Positions 1 to 9,383 of a DNA stretch of 64,000 nucleotides are shown in pieces. A program made the translations under genes and the position numbers. Under the pieces are notes generated by a model that was not told the origin of the DNA, ran no database searches, and saw nothing but the letters and a program-made list of their open reading frames with translations. Position 1 is the stretch's first letter. Every line of letters begins with the position of its first letter. This DNA is from a virus (lineage: Duplodnaviria > Caudoviricetes): the IMG/VR virus record IMGVR_UViG_3300020576_003018, positions 13,126 through 77,125 of that record; one strand, written 5' to 3'.

Positions 1-116
1 TTCAATCGCCTCAGACAAGTCGTCTTCCAGAAGAAAAATGATCTTGGCCCATCTAACAGCAAAGAAACCAGCAAAACCAGTTGCAACAGCAAGAATCAGA
101 AGAAAAACATACAACA

Positions 117-1376
117 TCAGGAACTCCCCAAAACGCCACCAAGGGCTTTTGAGTAAATACTGGATACCGCGTCGAACGAGTATTCTTTCTGAATCACACA
201 AGCCAAATCCTTGGCCCACTGCTTCGGCATAGAAGAAGATTCAAAAAACTTCTTAAACCTTCTTTTCGCATCAAACTCAATTGGGTTTGCCCATTTCATT
301 CCTGCAAGGAAGATTTGTCCATCAACCCTTGACGCAGGAATCTCACCCAACATCCGATCAACTGGAATGAATTTACCGTGCTTCAGAAATTCAAGATGCC
401 CACTCCAGTTTGTTGCAATCACTGGAAGACCACAAGCAGCCGCTTCGAGAATTGGAAGACCGTAACCTTCCCCATGCGTCAGAGAAACCAACGCAGCAAT
501 ATCTTTGTGCCGATACAACCGATTCATCTCTTCATCAGTCATGTGACCATGAAGCAGGTAAAACGTAGGACCAGGAACCCCAGCAGGCTGAATCTCTGCA
601 ACCAACTTCGTGAAAATCCCCTCGATGTTTTTCTTGTCAAATTGTGTCTGAGCACCAGCATTCGTCTTGACAATCACACCAACGTCCTTATTCCCCGCAA
701 ATGTCTCTGCAATCCATTTGAGGGTATAAGGAAGGTTCTTCCTGTCGTTTTCAGGATTGGTTCCGGTCAACTGACCAACAACCAGCAAATTAAATTTCGT
801 TGTCAATCCCAGGTCCAGGTCTGGATCTTCTGGAATGAGTTGATTCTCCATTCGCATTGCATCAGGAAAAGCTTCAGGGATCACAACAACAGGAACTTTG
901 ATTTCTCCTGTTGCCATGAAAGTCTCTTTGGTGAAGGTGCTGGGGACAACAACCATGTCCATTCTGTTGATACAATCAATCCAAGCTGGATTGCATTTGT
1001 CTGTCTCAACTCCAGCAGTCACTCCGATGTTAAAGTTCCCCAAGAAAGGATTCCATTCGTTTGGAAGTTGGACTTGGATTGTCACATCGTAGAAGGACTT
1101 CTTGTTGCCAGAAGCTTGAAGTATCTGACCAATCAAGCCGTCTTCGGCTTCTGGATCGACAAGGAGGTGTGTATCTCCCCAAGGAAGTGGCTCGGTTGTA
1201 ATGTCAAGGTTGTGTTGTTCAGACGCAACCCGAAACAGCCAACGAGCAATTTGACGGGTATGCACGCCGTAACCGGCATGTACCAACAATGGACCCCTAA
1301 GCAAAACGGTTTTCTTTGTTGTGGTGTTCATCATCTGTAGGTTGCTCACTTGTTGTTGAGTTTGGAGCATGTCCAA
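117..1376 (-). CDS. Glycosyltransferase, GT-B fold (GT4-like)
   Basis: C-terminal SLTHGEGYGLPILEAAACGLPVIATNWSGHLEF is the GT4 E-x7-E motif. Confidence 0.85.
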   Translation of the reverse strand: MDMLQTQQQVSNLQMMNTTTKKTVLLRGPLLVHAGYGVHTRQIARWLFRVASEQHNLDITTEPLPWGDTHLLVDPEAEDGLIGQILQASGNKKSFYDVTIQVQLPNEWNPFLGNFNIGVTAGVETDKCNPAWIDCINRMDMVVVPSTFTKETFMATGEIKVPVVVIPEAFPDAMRMENQLIPEDPDLDLGLTTKFNLLVVGQLTGTNPENDRKNLPYTLKWIAETFAGNKDVGVIVKTNAGAQTQFDKKNIEGIFTKLVAEIQPAGVPGPTFYLLHGHMTDEEMNRLYRHKDIAALVSLTHGEGYGLPILEAAACGLPVIATNWSGHLEFLKHGKFIPVDRMLGEIPASRVDGQIFLAGMKWANPIEFDAKRRFKKFFESSSMPKQWAKDLACVIQKEYSFDAVSSIYSKALGGVLGSS

Positions 1377-2659
1377 CGTTTTGGCGGGTTGTTCCTAAAA
1401 TCTGTGATCAATTTGCTCAACGTCCTGTCCCACTCTGAAATCATTTGTTCGTAGCCAAACTCATGTTCTGCGTAAGCAATGTTCTTCTTTGCAAGCAATT
1501 CCTTCTCTTCTGGAGACATGGAATAGACCTTGTGAAAAGCCGCCGTCAAATCTTCATGCTTGAAATGATCGTCGAAGATGTAAGGAACCATTTGTGAACC
1601 AACGAGAACACGACAAGCTGGATCAATTGCAACGCCATGTTCCGAGCCATCCCGATAATCAACAACTTGACGTGTCATTCCACCTGTCTTCAATGCGATA
1701 ATCGGTTTCCCAACCATCAATGCTGACAAGGTTGCCAACCCAAACCCTTCTGCCTTCGACACATTCACAACAAAATCAACCGAGTTGTAAAGCGCATTCA
1801 TGTCGTTGAAATCAACCTTTTGAGTGGAAAACACAACATTTCCAGCAAGGCCGAGATTTTCAACAGTCGCAAAAAGGTTTGGACCTTCGGTATCCTGTGG
1901 ATCGGTGTGCATCACAAGCATTGCTTTCCTGTGACCTTCCTTCCTCTCCAACTCATCCAAAAACATCTTCCAGGACATCAACACATCATTTGGCATCTTC
2001 CTGGTTGCGTTCCTGTTAACCCAAGCCCCAATAAACCAGTCAGCACGATCCTTGTAATTCACAAGCCTCAATTGTTTCACCGTATCCGCTGGAAGTGGGC
2101 AATAAACCTCCTTCGGAAACGCATGGGGAATGTAATTCGTTTTCTCTGGGAAATGAGGCTTGACAAGATCGTAGGTCTTGTGAGAAAGGCAGTTGATCAA
2201 GTCTGTTGATTTGTACCAAACATCGTTGAAGGCTGGGTATGGATCATTGTCCCAGACGTGCCAATAAGCAATGGGACACACTTGATGCACTTCGTCTTCC
2301 ATCTCCCAAAGCCACATAAACTGTCTTGGATCAGTGAATAGGAGGACCGCATCCGGTCTTTCATTGATCAGAAGATTTCTGATCATGTTTCTATCACCGA
2401 AACCGTCAACGGGTTTGATAATGAAGTCTGGATTTACTACAATTGGATCATAGTTCGGATGTTTGATTGCTCCTCCAAGACAACGAAAGGAATACCTCCC
2501 GGTTGCAACAAGGCCGTGAATAAGAAAGCGACTTTGTGTACCGACACCTGAAGTACACAATGGATGATCCCCCAGCATCAAGATTTTGTGCTTCCTAGCA
2601 GGAAAACTTGGAATTTGCATGTTCATATTCAACTCTGGTTTTACCACTTCCGACTTCAT
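1346..2659 (-). CDS. Glycosyltransferase, GT-B fold (GT4-like)
   Basis: N-terminal KILMLGDHP..TSGVG; C-terminal SKAEGFGLATLSALMVGKPIIA. Confidence 0.85.
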   Translation of the reverse strand: MKSEVVKPELNMNMQIPSFPARKHKILMLGDHPLCTSGVGTQSRFLIHGLVATGRYSFRCLGGAIKHPNYDPIVVNPDFIIKPVDGFGDRNMIRNLLINERPDAVLLFTDPRQFMWLWEMEDEVHQVCPIAYWHVWDNDPYPAFNDVWYKSTDLINCLSHKTYDLVKPHFPEKTNYIPHAFPKEVYCPLPADTVKQLRLVNYKDRADWFIGAWVNRNATRKMPNDVLMSWKMFLDELERKEGHRKAMLVMHTDPQDTEGPNLFATVENLGLAGNVVFSTQKVDFNDMNALYNSVDFVVNVSKAEGFGLATLSALMVGKPIIALKTGGMTRQVVDYRDGSEHGVAIDPACRVLVGSQMVPYIFDDHFKHEDLTAAFHKVYSMSPEEKELLAKKNIAYAEHEFGYEQMISEWDRTLSKLITDFRNNPPKRWTCSKLNNK

Positions 2660-2665
2660 TGGATA

Positions 2666-3586
2666 CTAACTCTTTTGTCTAACTGCCGATGGACTAGATG
2701 CCCAATCCCAATTGGCTCGAACTTCCTTGTTTCTTTCCCAAACCGCCTTGAAAATCTTAGACGAGGGGGAAGGAGTATTAAGAGCCCCCTTTGGATCCCT
2801 CTTCTGGTTATCTTCCACTGAGCAATCTTCTTGACAACTTTCAATCGTTGAAACAAGGGCGTTGATGTCTTTGGGGAAACAGGTGCCACCAAATCCATAA
2901 TCTCCATCGGGGCCAGGGACTTTTGTGTGGCTGGGACCAATTCTCTTATCGGAGACAACACCGGCAACAACATTTTCGTAGGTTGCGCCCATTTTTTCAG
3001 CCAGGAACTTTATCTCGTTGAAGAACATGGTCTTGGTTGCCAGGAAACAGTTCGCAGAGTATTTTACAAGCTCGCTGTCGGTGCTGGACATGGTGAGGGT
3101 GGGAACATGAGGGAACTCGCCCGCATAAAGCTCCTGGAGCGATTGAAGGGCATCCTGGTCATCCCCACCCAAAACGGTTCGGTCTGCATTGAGGAAGTCT
3201 TGGTTGGCTCTTGCTGCTGTCAAAAACTCTGGGTTATGAACAAGTCTCAATCCCGGAAATTGCTTCTGGAGTCTTTTCGTTGTTCCCACTGGAACGGTTG
3301 ATTTGATAACGAAAATTGAAGAAGAGGGGATTGGGTGGTTGGAGGCTTGAGAGAAAAAGGATTCAATGATGGAGAGATTTGCTTCTCCACCTTCTGCGCT
3401 TACCATTGGAGTTGGAAGACAGACAAAGATGAACTTTGACTGGAGGGCTTCTTCCAAAGAACACGTTGATCTTTTCGGATCAATGTCGTAAACTTTTGGA
3501 TTGAGTCTTGAGAAACCATTGGCAACTGCTCCACCCACAAAACCATTACCAATCACACTGATTGTTTTTTCATTGTTGCTAGACAT
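2666..3586 (-). CDS. ugd: UDP-glucose/GDP-mannose dehydrogenase family, short form
   Basis: Rossmann IGNGFVGG, FVCLPTP, KSTVPVGT, HNPEFL, ELVKYSANCFLATK, catalytic GFGGTCFPKD; apparent extra segment after the catalytic motif. Confidence 0.9.
   Translation of the reverse strand: MSSNNEKTISVIGNGFVGGAVANGFSRLNPKVYDIDPKRSTCSLEEALQSKFIFVCLPTPMVSAEGGEANLSIIESFFSQASNHPIPSSSIFVIKSTVPVGTTKRLQKQFPGLRLVHNPEFLTAARANQDFLNADRTVLGGDDQDALQSLQELYAGEFPHVPTLTMSSTDSELVKYSANCFLATKTMFFNEIKFLAEKMGATYENVVAGVVSDKRIGPSHTKVPGPDGDYGFGGTCFPKDINALVSTIESCQEDCSVEDNQKRDPKGALNTPSPSSKIFKAVWERNKEVRANWDWASSPSAVRQKS
2791..2819. repeat. Copy of the dispersed element inside ugd
   Basis: TTGGATCCCTCTTCTGGTTATCTTCCACT, preceded by GGGGG..GCCCCC at 2765-2789. 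Confidence 0.8.
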
Positions 3587-3653
3587 TTACCCACGACTAT
3601 TGATTTCGTGGGTTGTTTTTGTATTGAGGCTCAAAGGCCCCAACAACTGGTTT

Positions 3654-4193
3654 TCATGCTTGCAAAAGCCAAAACGCCGTTTTCCAATCTTGGTGTTTTG
3701 GTTCTTTGAAGACTTGTTTTTTACAAGTCTTCAGCAGTTCATTTGTTTCCGGCCACGACCCCAATCCTGGGACGGTTGCTTGCTCATAATTGTCGGCAAT
3801 TATGATTCCATTGGGTTTGATAGCTTGAAGCGCGTATTTGGCACATTCATCTCTCCACTCTACTGGTTCACCATCAATGATTATGCAATCGAACAAACCA
3901 TCAGCAATCAATGTTAAAGGGGCAGAGAGGAATTCAGCCTTGTCTTTCGTGTAAATGGCGTTTGCCCTTTTCGCCCATTCTGAATTTGAATCTACTGAAC
4001 GAACAAGTTGGGCGTTTTTTCGCCACCAAGTTGTCGAATTTCCAGCCCCGTATTCGAACACTTTCCACTGTTTTGTGTCCCACATTATCAACTCCCTTAA
4101 AAAGGGACGTGTGTACCACGGAAACAACGTAGAGCATTGACTATCGAACGACAACCAGTTGTCCAACTCAACAATCCGTTCTTTGTCAACCAT
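3654..4193 (-). CDS. SAM-dependent methyltransferase-like protein
   Basis: VFEYGAGNST motif I, SVDSNSEW, FDCIIIDG, IIIADN; start moved to ATG 4193, which overlaps the previous stop. Confidence 0.65.
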   Translation of the reverse strand: MVDKERIVELDNWLSFDSQCSTLFPWYTRPFLRELIMWDTKQWKVFEYGAGNSTTWWRKNAQLVRSVDSNSEWAKRANAIYTKDKAEFLSAPLTLIADGLFDCIIIDGEPVEWRDECAKYALQAIKPNGIIIADNYEQATVPGLGSWPETNELLKTCKKQVFKEPKHQDWKTAFWLLQA

Positions 4194-4677
4194 TGGCAAA
4201 GGCTCCAATAAGAATTGGATCATTCGTAAAGACAGCAGTATAGGGAACAATCCCATTGTAAACGAATTCGAAATAATCTTTTGGCTTTTGAATCAAATGC
4301 CAACGATAACTGGGTGTTTCGTAGTCGTGAGTGACAATAGTGCTGCATTTGCCAAAAAAGCGATTGATGATTTCCGGTCGTGAGTCTCCATGACCATCCA
4401 CGAAAACCAAATCATATCCCAAATCAGAAATTTCAAGTTTCTCGAATTCGTTGGGACCAATAGCCAAGTGTGCCTCCCATTTTGAATTGTCTTTCAAGGA
4501 TTGATACACTTTTTCGTACCAATCCTTTGACTGCATTTCAACTGAAGTCAAGTGTTCACAGTTCTGCAATAAAAACGGCGTTGAGCCAAAACCAAGACCA
4601 AATTCCAAAATTCTTGGGAAGTTTTTCACCGCGAACAATTTTTCGAAAACGGGGATGTGTGTTGAATATTTGTCCAT
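4186..4677 (-). CDS. SAM-dependent methyltransferase-like protein
   Basis: ILEFGLGFGST, LTSVE, YDLVFVDG, IVTHD; same architecture as the neighbour. Confidence 0.6.
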   Translation of the reverse strand: MDKYSTHIPVFEKLFAVKNFPRILEFGLGFGSTPFLLQNCEHLTSVEMQSKDWYEKVYQSLKDNSKWEAHLAIGPNEFEKLEISDLGYDLVFVDGHGDSRPEIINRFFGKCSTIVTHDYETPSYRWHLIQKPKDYFEFVYNGIVPYTAVFTNDPILIGAFANG

Positions 4678-4686
4678 TTTTGTTTA

Positions 4687-5406
4687 TTACCTTGGGACTT
4701 TCGTTTGGATTAGTTGCATAGCGAGATCGTCAATGGCTTTTTTGTATTTTACATATGGCCTAAGCAGGTGACTGTCCACATATTTGCCAGACTGGATCAG
4801 ACTTGGATCGTACTGCCAGTTGGACCTATCAATTCTATCTTGAGAGTAGTCTCTCAAAGAAAGACTCTTTAGTTTTGAATATTTCTGGAGTTGGTCGTAC
4901 AAAAAATGTTCGTCTGTGTTCCATGCAGTTCCATATCGGGCATGGACAGACTCATAAAATGATGTGAGATCATCCTGCAAACCAAGAGCGGTCTGCATGG
5001 TTTTGCAGTTTGCCAAGATATAACAGATTGGGTAGTATGGAACATTCCCGTATGGTTGATTGCTGTAACTTAAAATTTGGTCATCTTCGAGATTTGAAAT
5101 GGGTTTCCTGAAATAGTCAGCGTTCAAAGGCATCATGTCTATATCGGACGTTAGCAAGGAGATGTTGGTGAAGTATTTGAAAGCATAAAGTCTAATCAAC
5201 TGTGCTTGCCAACTGGTTGGAAAGCGAGGATCGGCCTTAACCTTCTTCAAGAGTCCAAATTTGTTTTGGACGAAATCTGTTTCTTCGTTTGTGATGTGAA
5301 ACATTAAAACTTTGATGCCAAGATGATTCCAAGCGATTGAAACGGGTTTGTAGAAATCCAGATAGTGCGAGTTGTCAGACGAAATGATTGCATAGTCAAT
5401 TTTCAT
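4687..5406 (-). CDS. Putative GT-A-like glycosyltransferase
   Basis: LLTSDIDMMPL DxD motif, WNTDEHFL; lies inside the glycan cluster. Confidence 0.5.
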   Translation of the reverse strand: MKIDYAIISSDNSHYLDFYKPVSIAWNHLGIKVLMFHITNEETDFVQNKFGLLKKVKADPRFPTSWQAQLIRLYAFKYFTNISLLTSDIDMMPLNADYFRKPISNLEDDQILSYSNQPYGNVPYYPICYILANCKTMQTALGLQDDLTSFYESVHARYGTAWNTDEHFLYDQLQKYSKLKSLSLRDYSQDRIDRSNWQYDPSLIQSGKYVDSHLLRPYVKYKKAIDDLAMQLIQTKVPR

Positions 5407-5407
5407 T

Positions 5408-6286
5408 TTAGACCTTCTCCTTCAAAATCTCCATTAACTGTTTGGCTCTCACGTCGTAGGTGTGATTCGCTCTGACGTGTTCATATCCAGAAGAGGCAAT
5501 CTCTTCAATCACTTCTGGTTTCCTCAGAAGGAAATGTAGCTTCTCAACGAGTTCTTGTTGGTTGTTGTAAGTCATCAAGTGTTTGTCCGGGACAAACAGC
5601 TTGTCAAGCCCAGGAACACTATTGGTAAGCAAACAGGTTTTTGTTCCAAGAGTTTCGAACACTCGGTAGTTGATATCATCCAGCAAGCTTTGATTCAGAG
5701 CAACCTTGTATGAGTTGATAGCTTCCACCATCCCTTTACCCAGAACCCCAACATCCCGTCTAATCGCCTTATTAGAGGCAGAGGAAATGTTTTCCAACCA
5801 CCGATCCCTTCCGCCAATCAACGACCCGCAAAAGCCAACGTCGTGCGATTTGGAGGCATGTGGGATATGATCAATCAGATCATCGGGATAAGCATTCGGA
5901 AACCAAAGACAAGTGGGAGAATGGCGTTGGAAGTGTTTCAGATATCCTTCTGTGCTGTTGAGGTGCAAATCAAACTTGGCTCGTTTGGAAAAGAAAACAT
6001 GTTGCCCCAAAGCGAGATGTGAGTCGATGCTCCAGAACACCTTGAATTTGTTTGTGATTTGAGAAAGGTCCGGGAGCCAGCCTGATTCATCATAATTCTC
6101 CATGACAAAGATCACGTCAAAGTCTTTGATCATTTCATGAAATGGAGTTGAAAAGGTTGGTTGGTTTATTCCCCAGACCTCAGACTCAACACCAATGCGC
6201 TTGAAAGAACGTCGAAAGTTTTCACTTTCACGGAATTCTCTGTTTGCTTCATGCCTGCCACGTTCCTGAATCATGAGGATCTTCAT
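5408..6286 (-). CDS. Glycosyltransferase, CgeB/Glyco_trans_1_2-like
   Basis: DVGFCGS, YKVALNQS..DDINYRVFETLG...LLTN, HTYDVRA C-terminal signature. Confidence 0.75.
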   Translation of the reverse strand: MKILMIQERGRHEANREFRESENFRRSFKRIGVESEVWGINQPTFSTPFHEMIKDFDVIFVMENYDESGWLPDLSQITNKFKVFWSIDSHLALGQHVFFSKRAKFDLHLNSTEGYLKHFQRHSPTCLWFPNAYPDDLIDHIPHASKSHDVGFCGSLIGGRDRWLENISSASNKAIRRDVGVLGKGMVEAINSYKVALNQSLLDDINYRVFETLGTKTCLLTNSVPGLDKLFVPDKHLMTYNNQQELVEKLHFLLRKPEVIEEIASSGYEHVRANHTYDVRAKQLMEILKEKV

Positions 6287-6933
6287 TGGGGAATAGCCTT
6301 CCAATACTCTGGGTGTCTTACATCGCTCGAATCAAACACATCACCAACAAACTCTGTGCCAACTCTTTGTGTTGGGAATGGTTTGTTCTCGAAGAATGGA
6401 TCGTGAACTTTTGCTCGGTGTTTGATGAGCGGGTAAATCTTTTCTCGAAGGAAGTTTTGATCAACTTGCCAAAAGTCTCCTGCTGGGTATTCGTCGATCA
6501 GACTCTTCATCTCGGAGAGGAAACCGCCTCTTGCTCCCCACATCCCACCAAGAATTTCTGTTTTGTGTGCTGGATGATCTCTCATGATGTGAAACACCTT
6601 GTCGGGTTCTGAAAGCCACTCATCAACAGCGGCCTTCTCTCTCAGTGAGAGTCTCGAATCTGTATCTCTTGATAACATCACTTCGACATCAGGCTCACCA
6701 GCAGGATAAAACCTCCAGAACATTCCTCTCCAATCTCCAGGTTCGGGCATGTTGACGACTTCTGCCCCTGCACGAAGAAGTTGTTTTGTCACGGCTGGGG
6801 AAGTGGAAGATCCAACGTAAAACCTTGGGATCCAACCTGGATAAACCGTCTTGGCAAGCTCTGCGTTTCTTAACGCTCCTATGGTGTACTTTGGATCATT
6901 CCCCCAAAGACAAAATGAGATGATCTTTTTCAT
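6283..6933 (-). CDS. Putative glycosyltransferase (conserved hypothetical)
   Basis: KKIISFCLWG, MFWRF, SRDTDSRLS..E (DxD), FHIMRDHP, ILGGMWG, DQNFL. Confidence 0.55.
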   Translation of the reverse strand: MKKIISFCLWGNDPKYTIGALRNAELAKTVYPGWIPRFYVGSSTSPAVTKQLLRAGAEVVNMPEPGDWRGMFWRFYPAGEPDVEVMLSRDTDSRLSLREKAAVDEWLSEPDKVFHIMRDHPAHKTEILGGMWGARGGFLSEMKSLIDEYPAGDFWQVDQNFLREKIYPLIKHRAKVHDPFFENKPFPTQRVGTEFVGDVFDSSDVRHPEYWKAIPQ

Positions 6934-7652
6934 CGCGGGAATCCAGCCGCCTTTCTTTGAAGATAAACCGCAGCATCTTGCCTTTCAAAAGGCAAATTCT
7001 TCATAAAAGTCTCATCCAAGCCGATATTAGTCGTGGTTGGATGAATTTGTTGGAACAGCGTTTTGGTTGCTGGATCTCTCTGAATCCAGTCTGGATGGAC
7101 GTGACGAATAATCACCTTGTCAATGAATGTTTGCTTGCCAAGAGAATTGGCAACTTCAGTAAACTCATTGTCAGACCAGAAGGATTTGTAATCTGGGTGA
7201 TAGATGTACCCAAACCGCTGGTAGTATTTCCTTCCAAGAATACAAAGAGTGTTGAAGTCTTTTCGGTATCCATCAAAAAACCAGAGAACTCCATCGGTGT
7301 CTGGATACAGTTCTTCCATTTTCCCTCTGATGATCTCGTCATAACCTCTTTCTTCTGGAATCATGTCGTCGGAGGCAAGCAAGAGGATATCATATTCTCC
7401 AGCTTTATCCATGTCAGCATTCACAGCTTCGATTTTTGTTTTTGAGTTTCCAAAACAAACTTCAAGGTTCTGATATTGAGAAAACTTCTGCTTCACTGCA
7501 TCGTTGTTCATGCTGGGATCATCCAGATCACAGGACACGAGAAACTTTGTTGCGTTCTTTTTCTTGGAGCCGTAGTAATACCTGTCCAACACGGGAAAAA
7601 ATCTGTCCGGCCTTCCTCTTGTTGGAAACTTCACCAAAACAGTCATTGTCAT
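6930..7652 (-). CDS. Glycosyltransferase family 2 (GT-A)
   Basis: VKFPTRGRP, ILLLASDDMIP, YKSFWSDNEF. Confidence 0.7.
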   Translation of the reverse strand: MTMTVLVKFPTRGRPDRFFPVLDRYYYGSKKKNATKFLVSCDLDDPSMNNDAVKQKFSQYQNLEVCFGNSKTKIEAVNADMDKAGEYDILLLASDDMIPEERGYDEIIRGKMEELYPDTDGVLWFFDGYRKDFNTLCILGRKYYQRFGYIYHPDYKSFWSDNEFTEVANSLGKQTFIDKVIIRHVHPDWIQRDPATKTLFQQIHPTTTNIGLDETFMKNLPFERQDAAVYLQRKAAGFPR

Positions 7653-8605
7653 TTCTTCTTCAACTCCTCTTTGATCCAATCCGTCAGTTTAACAGATGGT
7701 TGATAATTCAGCCATACATTTGCAACAGAAATATCGGCTTGAGTGTGTCGAACCTCGTTTCTTCTTTCGGGCACATGAACGATTTCTCCACCGATCATTT
7801 CAGCCAGATAAAGGATACTGCACCTTTCCATTGTCCCAAGATTGATTGGATACTTCCTAACACTCTCTGGAATGAAGTTGTTAACATCACCAGCCGCGAT
7901 TGTCCCAGCAACAATGTCATCAACGTGGGTAAAATCTCTGGTTTGCTTTCCATCACCGACAACTGTCAAAGGCTTCCCCTCTGCTTTTTGACGCAGGAAC
8001 AATCCAACCACGGGAGCATATTGTCCTTTGATTGGTTGCCTTGATCCATAAACGTTGAAGTATCTCAACACAACCGTCTGAAGCTCATCTTCTGCACCAG
8101 TTGTATCATAGGAGAAACAAGCAAGTTCACCACCAACCTTTCCAGCCGCATAAGGTGTAGAACACTTTGTTGGCGTGTAATGAGTGAAAGGAATAGAGGC
8201 ATTCCCATAAGCTGAAGATGTGGAAGAATAAACAAACCTGTTCGCCTTCAATTCCCTTGCAACTTCCAACATGGAAACAGTCCCCATCACATTGGTCTTA
8301 AACACCAAATCCTTTTTGGTAAAGGAAGGTTGAATCCTTGCTTCCGCTGCAAGGTGATAAACCGTCTCAATGTGCAGGTTTTTCTCTTTGGCGATCCAAC
8401 GAACATCTGAAAGAATGTTGTCTTGATGACAAACATTCCCTTTGATGTTGTAAGCCTCTGGATTCCAGTAAAACTGTGAATTACTTTCCGCTGACTCGTT
8501 GTCGATACAAATGACTTTGGTGTCTTTGGCGATCAAAGCATCAACGAGATTGCTTCCGATGAATCCAGCACCGCCCGTAACAATCGCTGCCCTGTTCTTT
8601 TTCAT
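7649..8605 (-). CDS. NAD-dependent NDP-sugar epimerase/dehydratase (extended SDR)
   Basis: VTGGAGFIGSNL, HLAA, YSSTSSAYG, YxxxK (YAAGK), LRYFNVYG, RDFTHVDD. Confidence 0.92.
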   Translation of the reverse strand: MKKNRAAIVTGGAGFIGSNLVDALIAKDTKVICIDNESAESNSQFYWNPEAYNIKGNVCHQDNILSDVRWIAKEKNLHIETVYHLAAEARIQPSFTKKDLVFKTNVMGTVSMLEVARELKANRFVYSSTSSAYGNASIPFTHYTPTKCSTPYAAGKVGGELACFSYDTTGAEDELQTVVLRYFNVYGSRQPIKGQYAPVVGLFLRQKAEGKPLTVVGDGKQTRDFTHVDDIVAGTIAAGDVNNFIPESVRKYPINLGTMERCSILYLAEMIGGEIVHVPERRNEVRHTQADISVANVWLNYQPSVKLTDWIKEELKKK

Positions 8606-9369
8606 TTTCCCTCTTGTTCCTTGTACCATTCTCTCGTGATATAACCCGCAACAGCTTCTGGTGAAAGATTAGCCTTGTAGAACTCTTTGCAAGATTTGGA
8701 ACGTTCTTTCAACACCATTGGATCCGTGTTGATAAGCCAGGAAGCAAGTCCTGGAAGTTCATCCCATGTTTGCAACCAAAAGGCTGTTTTATGGTCCGGA
8801 TCATACCACTGACGTTCTTTTCTGTTTAGCATCACTGGAATGCACCCAGCCTTCAAAGCCTCTGTCATCCTGAAAGACTCGTAACTTCCTCCAGGTGGAC
8901 AGATTGCCAACATGGTGTTGCACATCACTTCGCTATATTCCTGCCTTGTCAACCCTTTTGAGAAACCCTCGCTAGGACGAATATAGATCCGCTTGTATTG
9001 CCCTTGCAGGGCGGACATAGCATTGACAGCCTGTTGCCTCCGCATATCACCCACAAAACCAGCAAACGACATCATGTACTTCCTGTCGTTGAAAGACAAG
9101 TGATCTGTTAAATCTCCCTTGAACCCAGAAGCAAATGGAAGCGGAATGGGTCTTTCATTGGCTGCTGGCTTTGAAGGAAAATAGTTCCTGAAAACTATGC
9201 AGTTCTTAAAATCAACGGGCTGGTGTGACTCATCAGACAGAAGAATGACAAGCTGCCTCATTCCTCCGGAATAATCTCTTTTTTCTCTGGGACCGAGGGG
9301 GGATTGGTAAATGACAACAGGCTCCTCTGGGAGAAGAGGAATCAGTTTATCAAGAAATTCTGTTTCCAT
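8602..9369 (-). CDS. Exostosin-like (GT47) protein
   Basis: MMSFAG, YSEVMCNTMLAICPPGGSYESFRMTEALKAGCIPVML resembles the exostosin C-terminal motif. Confidence 0.6.
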   Translation of the reverse strand: METEFLDKLIPLLPEEPVVIYQSPLGPREKRDYSGGMRQLVILLSDESHQPVDFKNCIVFRNYFPSKPAANERPIPLPFASGFKGDLTDHLSFNDRKYMMSFAGFVGDMRRQQAVNAMSALQGQYKRIYIRPSEGFSKGLTRQEYSEVMCNTMLAICPPGGSYESFRMTEALKAGCIPVMLNRKERQWYDPDHKTAFWLQTWDELPGLASWLINTDPMVLKERSKSCKEFYKANLSPEAVAGYITREWYKEQEGK

Positions 9370-9383
9370 GTTTTATGTTTCCT

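Noticed and set aside
2659-2668. ugd stop (TAG) is in frame with the downstream GT start, suggesting a readthrough fusion
   Set aside because: One-in-three chance, the GT has its own ATG, and nothing else supports readthrough
117-9369. Eukaryotic giant-virus origin, suggested by the glycan cluster
   Set aside because: Bacterial sigma70 promoters, ATGA-coupled operons and SD-like junctions favour a bacteriophage
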